Of a stretch of DNA of 64,000 nt, positions 37,837 to 45,724 are shown one piece after another. The notes under the pieces were generated by a model, which worked only from the letters and a program-made list of their open reading frames with translations, made no database searches and was not told where the DNA came from. Within the stretch, counting starts at the first letter, position 1. Every line of letters begins with the position of its first letter. The DNA lies in contig JANOYY010000047.1 in the NCBI GenBank assembly GCA_031429095.1, positions 4,571-68,570 on the forward strand. The letters are read 5' to 3'. Source of the DNA: Acidimicrobiia bacterium (lineage in GTDB: Bacteria > Actinomycetota > Acidimicrobiia > Acidimicrobiales > JANYDT01). A program made the position numbers and the translations under genes.

Positions 37837-39222
37837 ATGCTCGGGAGCTCTCCTGCGAAAGTCCCACGCCGCTCGTGGGTTGCCCTCCTCGTGGGGACGG
37901 CGAGCATCTTCCTCTTCGTTCTCGACTCCGGTCTACTTTCAGTATCCATCCCGGCGATCGAGAAGGATTTCCCCGAAACCTCGCGTTCGACGCTCTCATG
38001 GGCTGCGACCGGTTATCTGGCCGCGCTGGCCAGCCTGCTGCTGGTAAGCGGGCGGATCAGCGACTCACGAGGTCGTAAGCCAACGTATTTGTTTGGGGTG
38101 GGGCTCTTCACGTTGGGCGCCCTTGCGACCGTGGCTGCTCCGAATCCGGCGCTTCTGATCGGCGCACGCATTTTGCAAGGTGCGGGAGGTGCCTTCCTGA
38201 CGTCGAGCGCGTTGGCAATGGTGCTGCCGTTGTTCCCGTCCGAGCGGCGCGGCCGCGTGATTGGCATCTGGGGTGGTGTGGGTTCGCTGGCCGCCGTCCT
38301 TGCGCCAACCGCCGGAGCATGGGCCGTCGAGAATGTGAGCTGGAGGGCCGCGTTCGCCCTCGAAATTCCACTGGGGCTCATCACGTTTCTCGCCGGTGTG
38401 CTTTCCCTGCCTGACGCGGTGGCGTCGACGAAGTCACGGATCGATATCATCAGTGCACTTAGTGGATCGATCGGCCTCGGTGTCAGTGCTGCGTTTCTTT
38501 CACAGGGCCGACGGTGGGGGTGGGCTTCGGCCCGGTCGATCGTCGGCGGCAGCATCGGGATCGTCCTTGTCGTGACGTTCTTCGTTCGAGCAAAGTCGGA
38601 CGAGTTCTCGCTGCTCGATCATCGTCTGTTTCGATACCGAGCATGGACCAGCAACACACTGGCGGCAGGCCTCCAGCAGATCGGCTTCTTCACCTGGTTC
38701 CTTACGACCCCGCTGATACTGGTGAACATCTGGCGCTGGTCCATCTTCGAAGCCGGTGCCGCCATGGCGCTCGGTCAGGTCGCATCGAGTATCAGTGGGC
38801 CACTCGGTGGGATCTGGGCTGATCGGGCTGGCACGACGCGACCCATCGTTCTATCGGCGTTCGTTACGCTCCTCGGACCCCTCTGGCTCGCAATCGCGGC
38901 CAGTACACGCCCACAGTTCGTGACTGTGTTCCTTCCTGCGACACTGTTGATGGGCGCCGGCGGTGGCATCTGCGGCATGCTCACGACTGGTGGTGCACTC
39001 AATCAATTGCCCGATTCTGTGTTGGGCTCGGCGAACGGCGCGCATCAGGTGTTCCGCCGAATCTCTGGTTTGGCGGGCGTCGCCATGGCTCTCGCGATTC
39101 TGGGTGAAGCGAAAGGGCCCGCGATGCTCGGCCCCGCGCGGATCGTGTGGTGCGTGATCGCGCTCGCCCACGTTGCCATGTGTGTGCCCCTGCTGCTCGC
39201 CTCCGCGGCGGCGAAGGGCTAA
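37837..39222 (+). CDS. MFS transporter (DHA2-like, full length)
   Basis: 461 aa with about 14 hydrophobic segments and the SGRISDSRGRKPTYL motif. Confidence 0.85.
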   Translation: MLGSSPAKVPRRSWVALLVGTASIFLFVLDSGLLSVSIPAIEKDFPETSRSTLSWAATGYLAALASLLLVSGRISDSRGRKPTYLFGVGLFTLGALATVAAPNPALLIGARILQGAGGAFLTSSALAMVLPLFPSERRGRVIGIWGGVGSLAAVLAPTAGAWAVENVSWRAAFALEIPLGLITFLAGVLSLPDAVASTKSRIDIISALSGSIGLGVSAAFLSQGRRWGWASARSIVGGSIGIVLVVTFFVRAKSDEFSLLDHRLFRYRAWTSNTLAAGLQQIGFFTWFLTTPLILVNIWRWSIFEAGAAMALGQVASSISGPLGGIWADRAGTTRPIVLSAFVTLLGPLWLAIAASTRPQFVTVFLPATLLMGAGGGICGMLTTGGALNQLPDSVLGSANGAHQVFRRISGLAGVAMALAILGEAKGPAMLGPARIVWCVIALAHVAMCVPLLLASAAAKG

Positions 39223-39306
39223 TGCGGCGAGCGGTGCAACTAGCGATCACCCCCTGAACCACGGGCGAGGTGAACGCGAAGTGACACGCTGGCTGCACGA
39301 CGGAAT

Positions 39307-40971
39307 TTAAAGGCGGGCTAGCTCGTCGCGGAGCTGATCGAGACCCATGCCGCCGAGGTCGAGTGCCGCGCGATGGAACTCCTTCAGATTGAAGCTCGAA
39401 CCGTGTCGGACACGTGCGGCCTCGCGTCCCTCGAGCCAGACCCGCTCCCCCACTTTGTAGGAGATCGCCTGGCCGGGCATGCCAAGGTACCGATCGACCT
39501 CCGACGCCATGAACGATTCGGGGAAACGGGCCCGTTCGATGACGAAGGGGAGGGCCAGTTCCGGCGTCCACGTTTCGCCCGGATGGTAGGACCCGTCGGT
39601 CGGAATGGCGAGCTCGAGATGCATCCCGATGTCCACGATCACCCGCACCGCCCGCATGGCCTGACACGACAGCTGCCCGAACTCGTACACCGGATCATCG
39701 AGGTAGCCGAGCTCCTGCATGAGCCGCTCGGCGTACAGTGCCCAGCCCTCTCCGTGACCCGATACGAAGCCGGCGAGTCGCTGGAAACGCGTCAGGGTGT
39801 CGGCGAGATAGCGAACCTGCGCGATCTGCAGATGATGGCCGGGGACGCCTTCGTGATAGCAGATCGACACTTCACGCCACAGCGGAAAACGTGTCTTGCC
39901 GAGCGTTGGATACCATGTGCGACCGGGTCGGCGCAGATCCTCTGACGGCCCCGTGTAGTACATCGCAGCGGCACCACCGGGAGGAGCGATCATCGCTTCG
40001 CATCGACGGATCGCCTCGGGAATTTCGAAATGGACGCCGTTGAGTTCGGCGATGGTGGCGTCGATGAGATCCTGGTTCCAACGCTGGAATTCGTCGACGC
40101 CCTCAATCACGTAACGCGGGTCCGCCTCGACTTTTTCGATCGCAGCAGCGATCGAATCGGCACCCATATATTCGGAAAGTTCCATCATCCGCGCTTCGAT
40201 CCGACGGAGCTCTTCCCAGCCCCACGCATAGGTCTCGTCGAGATCAAGCACGGATCCGTTCATGACCCGCGCGTGAAGTTGGTATCGCTCGCGGCCAACC
40301 GGATCACGATCGCTGGCGTCGACTGCGTAGACGTCGCGCAGCCAGTCGCCAAGGCGTCGGTACGCCCAGGCTGCGGCACCGGCCTCCTCATCGACGTTCA
40401 CGTGCGGGCTGCGCCTGGCGAGTGATGCCCAGAATCCGTTGGCCGGATCACCCCACGCATCGCATTGTGCGGCGCACGCCAGTGCCTGTCGACGTGATGC
40501 AACTACCCCTGCGGATCGACCCTCCTCGTACAACGACGTCACCTGCGCCATGGCATCAGGGATGGCACCGATTCGTTGCCGAGCTACATCCCAGTCCTCG
40601 TCTGTGTCGAACTGCATAAGATCGAAGGCGGACCGTAGAGACGATTGTGGGCTGCCCAGTACGCGGATCGGACGCAAGTACTCACCGGCGTCGTACAGAT
40701 CGACGGCGGATTGAAGCCGTTCGCGCAACACCTCCGCGGCGATGCGATCACGATCGGTGCCGTACTCGATCGACTCGATCGATTCGAGCGTCTGTAACGT
40801 CGAACGTTGGAGTTCTGCTCGTGCCGCGGTTCCCTCTGGAGAGTGGTCGGTCAGACGGTGTTCGCCGCCGGACACGCCCCAACTCGTCGCCGTGACCGGG
40901 TCGAGTTCGGCCATGCGGTCGATGAAATCTTCGCTAAGTGCACTGACTGTTGGCTTGATTCCGCTGATCAT
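39307..40971 (-). CDS. DUF885-family protein
   Basis: 554 aa. The YHEGVPGHHLQ motif (HExxPGHH) and overall length are typical of DUF885. Confidence 0.75.
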   Translation of the reverse strand: MISGIKPTVSALSEDFIDRMAELDPVTATSWGVSGGEHRLTDHSPEGTAARAELQRSTLQTLESIESIEYGTDRDRIAAEVLRERLQSAVDLYDAGEYLRPIRVLGSPQSSLRSAFDLMQFDTDEDWDVARQRIGAIPDAMAQVTSLYEEGRSAGVVASRRQALACAAQCDAWGDPANGFWASLARRSPHVNVDEEAGAAAWAYRRLGDWLRDVYAVDASDRDPVGRERYQLHARVMNGSVLDLDETYAWGWEELRRIEARMMELSEYMGADSIAAAIEKVEADPRYVIEGVDEFQRWNQDLIDATIAELNGVHFEIPEAIRRCEAMIAPPGGAAAMYYTGPSEDLRRPGRTWYPTLGKTRFPLWREVSICYHEGVPGHHLQIAQVRYLADTLTRFQRLAGFVSGHGEGWALYAERLMQELGYLDDPVYEFGQLSCQAMRAVRVIVDIGMHLELAIPTDGSYHPGETWTPELALPFVIERARFPESFMASEVDRYLGMPGQAISYKVGERVWLEGREAARVRHGSSFNLKEFHRAALDLGGMGLDQLRDELARL

Positions 40972-41137
40972 TGACCAAAACTACCAACTTCGCGATGCAA
41001 TCGCTCCGCACGTATCGTTCGCTGGCCTTCCGGTGGAGTGCGGCAGGAGTTCCGGTCGCGTGTTGCTCGGCCTTGATCCGTCGTCCGCCGCCTTCTGGAG
41101 TGGCTGGTCGGCGTAGAGATAGTCAGTACGCATATGG

Positions 41138-42433
41138 TTATCCGGCCGCCCACAGAGTCGTCTCAGGCAAGCCCCGCATAATACGGTGAGCGACCTCGCT
41201 GCCTTGAAGAAACGAGTGATCCTGATTCGAAACTTCATATCGCCACCCGCCGAATCGGCCGCGCGAAAACACATGTTCATGCTCAAGCCGGGTATGTACG
41301 TCTCGGAGTACGGCATCTCGCTGGAGAGTCGGGATCGGATAGCCGTGGCGAAGGTAGTGCGTCCAGGTAGTGGCAAGGACGGATGGATCGCAGAGACCCC
41401 GTTCGCCGAGCGCCCTCAGAAGACCCTCTGCCGGTTGCGGTACGAATCCGTCAGCTCCGCCTGACTCGCAAAGCAGCGACCAGTGCCCCGGGGGCGCATT
41501 ATGTGGAGAGTATCTGCTGAGAACCGTAAGTCGGTAGCAGTCAAGCTCAGGCTCGGCGCAATACAGCCAGTCCAAGTCGGAGAGTACGGGTGGCGGGGAG
41601 CCCCGAAATCCAAATCCACAAAGACCTACCGAGGTGTTCTCGATCGCACCCCCCAGTGATAGGGAGGCCAACGACGGCGTCCGATCGATCAGGGTCGTTA
41701 GGGGGATCGTAGAAATCAAGACATCGTAGGAACAAGCTGACCCGTCAGACATCTTGACTGTTCGAAGACGAGTGTCCAATTCTTCGAACGCAACCCCATT
41801 TGATATGCGTGCTGAAGGAAGTCGACTTGCGAGTGCAGACCAGGGTGCGCCGGTTCCCCCTCGCGCAGGATAGCGGAATCGGCGGTTCGGTCCCCACGAT
41901 TCGTCCGATCCGTCGTTGGACTTTGCAACACGGTCCCCAACCCACACACTCGACATCGCGGCTGGCTCGATGTTCCAAAGTTTGCGATTGTAAGGCAGAA
42001 GGAACTGTTCGATTACCCGGGCGCTGAACTGGCGGCGCATCCAGCCTTCAAACGACGCCGGGTCTGCGTGCGGTTGGTCGCCCTCGGTGGCGGCCTGATC
42101 TGGCAACTGATCCTCATTGTGCTGCACCGGATACGCAACAGTCTGTCCTCCCACAAGAGCGGCGGCGCGCCGGTCGTGCCAGATCCAGGATTCGGCGCCG
42201 AGAAGGTCATCCATGAGGAGGTTGTACGCCCGACTTCGGGAGAACCCAACGTGGCCCCCGAGGTCCCATGTAAAGCCGTCTTGGACGATCGATTGTGAAA
42301 GGCCGCCGCACTGCGCGCCACTTTCGAAGAGTCGCCAGTCGGCGCCGTAGGCCTCAAATGTCATCGCGGCTGCGAGCCCAGTCGGACCACCGCCGACAAT
42401 GACAACGATCGGTGATTTCGAGTCGTCGGTCAA
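41138..42433 (-). CDS. FAD-dependent enzyme homologous to eukaryote-type UDP-galactopyranose mutase
   Basis: VVIVGGGPTGLAAA dinucleotide fold, ESGAQCGGLSQSIVQDGFTWDLGGHVGFS, and C-terminal SRGRFGGWRYEVSNQDHSFLQGSEVA. This matches the fungal/kinetoplastid UGM pattern as I recall it (...PGGLAS...GFLYDVGGHVIFS... and [24 protein letters not shown]). The TTG start overlaps the stop of the preceding small ORF (TTGA). Confidence 0.75.
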   Translation of the reverse strand: MTDDSKSPIVVIVGGGPTGLAAAMTFEAYGADWRLFESGAQCGGLSQSIVQDGFTWDLGGHVGFSRSRAYNLLMDDLLGAESWIWHDRRAAALVGGQTVAYPVQHNEDQLPDQAATEGDQPHADPASFEGWMRRQFSARVIEQFLLPYNRKLWNIEPAAMSSVWVGDRVAKSNDGSDESWGPNRRFRYPARGGTGAPWSALASRLPSARISNGVAFEELDTRLRTVKMSDGSACSYDVLISTIPLTTLIDRTPSLASLSLGGAIENTSVGLCGFGFRGSPPPVLSDLDWLYCAEPELDCYRLTVLSRYSPHNAPPGHWSLLCESGGADGFVPQPAEGLLRALGERGLCDPSVLATTWTHYLRHGYPIPTLQRDAVLRDVHTRLEHEHVFSRGRFGGWRYEVSNQDHSFLQGSEVAHRIMRGLPETTLWAAG

Positions 42434-42729
42434 AGACTCGGGCTTCTCGGCATCCGGGCGCCGAGATCGGCCATGTCACGGCGCAACTGCAAGAGCTCCC
42501 GCATGACGTCATCGAGGTTCGGTCCGAGATCGAAAGCTGCGCAGGGATTCGGTGGCGGCGGTGGCACAGGTGCGCCTCCGGGAGTGCCTCCGTCGTTAGT
42601 AAGCACTGCGCCGAATCGCTGCAGGATTTCGATCAGCGCTCGGGGGTTTTTCGCGATATCGATCACATCGCCGTACTTCTTCCGCACTGCTTCGACGATT
42701 TCGTTGTCACGATCATCAAGTGCACTCAT
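42430..42729 (-). CDS. 99-aa hypothetical protein with central polyproline segment
   Basis: MSALDDRDNEIVEAVRKKYGDVIDIAKNPRALIEILQRFGAVLTNDGGTPGGAPVPPPPPNPCAAFDLGPNLDDVMRELLQLRRDMADLGARMPRSPSL. ATG 42729 is preceded by GGGGA. Third codon positions are GC-biased. It is wedged with overlaps between the P4H and the UGM-like gene. The longest ORF start (42861) would overlap the P4H by 146 nt. Confidence 0.5.
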   Translation of the reverse strand: MSALDDRDNEIVEAVRKKYGDVIDIAKNPRALIEILQRFGAVLTNDGGTPGGAPVPPPPPNPCAAFDLGPNLDDVMRELLQLRRDMADLGARMPRSPSL

Positions 42730-43309
42730 GTTCGTCCCCATCTCTATGGTTTTGGGTGTGGCTTTGAAGAATCGGGTGCGAGGACCAGGAGACCAGCGAG
42801 ACCCTCTGTCCTCGGAGTACTGGGTGGACCCGGTGAATTCCAAGTCGACTGCCGATGCCATCGGGCCATCGGTTCACCCACGACACAACCGTACCGGCGA
42901 CCGGTTGGACGACCAAATCTGCATCCGGAAACTCCAGCTCGCCACCGGACTCGGGACCTCGCAGAACGACCATGATGGAACGAATCCGTCCCAGAACTCC
43001 ATAAGGATCATCGTGGTGTGCATCGAACCTCGCGCCGACACCGTACCGGAGCGCCTGCCAACCCGCCAGCGATCTTGCAGGGATTGAGGTTGCGGTGAGA
43101 ACAGCCTCCTCAACCTCGCGCACCGCACATGTCAACTGTGCCGTAAACGTGTCGGGAAAAGCTGTTTCGCTTGTGCGAGCAGGCGAGACAGAGACACCGT
43201 TGGCGTCGTCGATCACCGTGCTCCTGCGCCAGTAGGCAAATTCCAGCTCGTTCAGAACTCGTGTGCAGAGATCGGTCGTGATCAGGCCGGGCCACACCTC
43301 GATGCTCAT
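42716..43309 (-). CDS. 2OG-Fe(II) oxygenase, prolyl 4-hydroxylase (P4Hc) type
   Basis: ALRYGVGARFDAHHDD (HxD), GGELEFPD and HRVHPVLRGQRVSLVSW (distal His plus basic 2OG ligand). The start overlaps the GT stop (ATGA at 43306-43309). Confidence 0.75.
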   Translation of the reverse strand: MSIEVWPGLITTDLCTRVLNELEFAYWRRSTVIDDANGVSVSPARTSETAFPDTFTAQLTCAVREVEEAVLTATSIPARSLAGWQALRYGVGARFDAHHDDPYGVLGRIRSIMVVLRGPESGGELEFPDADLVVQPVAGTVVSWVNRWPDGIGSRLGIHRVHPVLRGQRVSLVSWSSHPILQSHTQNHRDGDEHECT

Positions 43310-44208
43310 GGTGCTCTCGTCGTGACGAGGTGGGTCATCGAATTGCGCTCGACGAACTCCACCGCCGAGCGCGAAATGGCTGAACGATCACTGCCTGCGT
43401 CCAGAATGTAAGACCGGACCAGGTTCAGCGATGCCCTGTGCTGATCCGACCAGTTTGAGGACCGCGTCCAATGCGGTTGGCGTTGGGTGCGATCGTAGGC
43501 ATGCCAGCCAATCGGGATATGGGGATGAAACAAGTCGAAGCCCAACGAGATCAAGAGCAGCGACAACAGAACCTCGTCGCCGAAGAAGTAGATATCGTCG
43601 AGAACGGAGAGTTCCTCGATCGCGTTGAGAGTTCCCGCCCCGAACAGAAGGTGCAGCGAAACGAACTCGGCCGGGACGGGGCAGATGAGAGACGACGCAA
43701 ACGGAATTGGCCAGCCGGCGAGGCGCGTGAGGATCCCATCCTCGCGCTCGTGCGGGATCAACCGAAGTGCTCGCGGGGTAAAGTTCCAGAGCGGTACGCC
43801 CGGACGATACGGCGACAAGTACGACGTCAGGACAACCTTTTCGGGCCGTCGGGTCTGCAGGCCGGCCGAGCGATGCATGGCGACCAGCTGTTCGTCCCAA
43901 CCGGGAAGAAACCGATGGTGTGAGTCAAGCAACAACGTGAACTGTTCGTCGGTCCACCGAGCCCGCAGCTGTCGACGCGCCCAGTTCGGGCCCTCGCTCA
44001 GCCGAGCGTCGACTGCAACAACGTCCAGGTTCGGGAGCGAGAGGACATCGTTGTCGATCGTCTCGCCATCATCGTGCTGCCACAATACGGCCACTCGGAG
44101 ACGATGCGGTTTGGTCGCCATTGCGTAAAGACTTCGAATTGTCGGACACAGCTCCGTGTCTAAGAAGGAAGGTATCTGTACATAGATCTTGTCGTTCTCG
44201 TCGCTCAC
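43306..44208 (-). CDS. GT-A glycosyltransferase of the polypeptide-modifying 'GlcNAc' (Gnt1/GT60-like, PF11397-like) type
   Basis: The N-terminal IYVQIPSFLDTELCPTIRSLYAMATKPHRLRVAVLWQHD and the DxH motif LLLDSHHRFLPGWDEQL match my recollection of the Skp1-hydroxyproline GlcNAc-transferase family and the DSH of mucin-type ppGalNAc-Ts. It has a GTG start. The 5' end is rich in AT-ending codons. Confidence 0.65.
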   Translation of the reverse strand: MSDENDKIYVQIPSFLDTELCPTIRSLYAMATKPHRLRVAVLWQHDDGETIDNDVLSLPNLDVVAVDARLSEGPNWARRQLRARWTDEQFTLLLDSHHRFLPGWDEQLVAMHRSAGLQTRRPEKVVLTSYLSPYRPGVPLWNFTPRALRLIPHEREDGILTRLAGWPIPFASSLICPVPAEFVSLHLLFGAGTLNAIEELSVLDDIYFFGDEVLLSLLLISLGFDLFHPHIPIGWHAYDRTQRQPHWTRSSNWSDQHRASLNLVRSYILDAGSDRSAISRSAVEFVERNSMTHLVTTRAP

Positions 44209-44476
44209 GGGACCCGACCCGCATTTGTATGTCGGTCATTGAGCACTTCGACTGTGTTTGTTCTCACCGTCTCACCTCCGTGAATTGCGTGAACGTTACC
44301 CCGCGCACGGGTATTCCCACGGTCGAAGACGGGCCAGCAACCACGGCGGAGGAAAGCCCGTCGAGAAAGTTCGCACGATGCCAAGGCGCTTCGTCGTGTG
44401 TGCGGTCAGCGCGGCCAGAAGGTGTAGCAAACCCAGTGGTTGGCGCGCTGGCGCGGAGAGAAGTAGACAGAGGCCA

Positions 44477-45226
44477 ATGCCTCTTCTCGAAAACCCCGCC
44501 GCGTTCTCTTCCCTCGTTGCTCCGGCCATCGACCGAACGGCTATATCTCTGCACACCGTCGTCGACAAGACCAAGCTGCAGGCGTTGCGCGGCGAGAACC
44601 GGTTTCACCCCGGCGCACTCGCACTCTTCGCAGGTCCTCTGGCGAGTGGGGGAATGTCGCAGGTCGAATACAACGAACTCACTCGCTACGAGCATTTCGG
44701 ATCGAGCGCCGACTTCCTTGCTGGCCTGGCCGATCGTGGCGCCGTTGAGCTGGTCGATGGCCAGGTCCGCGCCACGGCATCCGCGATCGAGGTCGCTCGA
44801 GGAGTGGTCGCCTTACAGTCGGAAACGGTGACTGCGCTATTCGAGCCGCGTCAGGCGCTCCTCCCTATAATATGTGCGCTTATATTACGTGCGCGTGGTG
44901 CTGCTATCGCCGATGGCAATTCTCCGTTGTCACGTTTGATGGGGCGAGCATGGCTCCCCGACGACGCATCGGATGCGGCGCGCATATGGGATGCATCAGT
45001 TGTGTTGCGCATGCACCGTGCCGATGCGCACGCAATTGCGTGGAAGGAAGCTGGGCTTACGGCTCCGGAGATCCGCTTGATGGCCCCGGGAGATGCCCGA
45101 GACGCGATCGAGGAGCGAACGAACGAGTTGGCAGCAACTCCGTGGGTGGGCCTGAGCGCCGACGAGCGAATCACGCTCTTGTCGGGTCTGGCTGCACTGC
45201 CCGGAACAGGCGTGCCGGTTCCGTAA
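44477..45226 (+). CDS. hypothetical protein, possible helix-turn-helix (SCO6745-like) protein
   Basis: Starts MPLLENPAAF (AGAGG SD). The C-terminal VLRMHRADAHAIAWKEAGLTAPEI resembles the RxxRGDxHxAA motif of a family of actinobacterial HTH-like proteins. The upstream part of the 322-aa ORF is Arg-rich. Confidence 0.5.
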   Translation: MPLLENPAAFSSLVAPAIDRTAISLHTVVDKTKLQALRGENRFHPGALALFAGPLASGGMSQVEYNELTRYEHFGSSADFLAGLADRGAVELVDGQVRATASAIEVARGVVALQSETVTALFEPRQALLPIICALILRARGAAIADGNSPLSRLMGRAWLPDDASDAARIWDASVVLRMHRADAHAIAWKEAGLTAPEIRLMAPGDARDAIEERTNELAATPWVGLSADERITLLSGLAALPGTGVPVP

Positions 45227-45276
45227 GGTCGAACAGGCGCAGGGGACTGGCCGGCGTGGCGAGTAGGTTTTCGGGA

Positions 45277-45696
45277 ATGGAACAATCTGACGATCGCACG
45301 TCGCCGAAGGAGATGTGGAAAGGCGACGAGGCTTCACGGTCGGCGGGCATGTCGCTCGATGAGGTTGAACTCGGCCGCTCGGTCCTGTCGATGATGGTGC
45401 GCGCCGACATGGTGAACGGTCTCGACGTGTGTCACGGTGGGTATGTGTTCATGCTTGCTGATTCGGCGATGGCGTTTGCCTCCAACACGGCGGAATCGCC
45501 CGCGCTGGCGGCCGCCGCGCAGATCGACTTCACCGCTCCGGCCCGTCTGGGGGACCGGCTCGAAGCTCGCGCGACAACACAGTGGAGTGGCGGTCGAACG
45601 GCCCTGCACGACGTCGAAGTACGCAACCAATCCGGTCAGCTCATCGCCCGGTTCCATGGGCGCACAACCCGCGTCACGCTCCCGCCCACGAACTGA
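45277..45696 (+). CDS. hotdog-fold acyl-CoA thioesterase, PaaI family
   Basis: NGLDVCHGGYVFMLADSAMAFASN and ...GRTALHDVEVRNQSGQLIARFHG; 139 aa from ATG 45277. Confidence 0.75.
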   Translation: MEQSDDRTSPKEMWKGDEASRSAGMSLDEVELGRSVLSMMVRADMVNGLDVCHGGYVFMLADSAMAFASNTAESPALAAAAQIDFTAPARLGDRLEARATTQWSGGRTALHDVEVRNQSGQLIARFHGRTTRVTLPPTN

Positions 45697-45724
45697 TCCC
45701 GTAGAAGAAGGAGTGGACCCTGTC

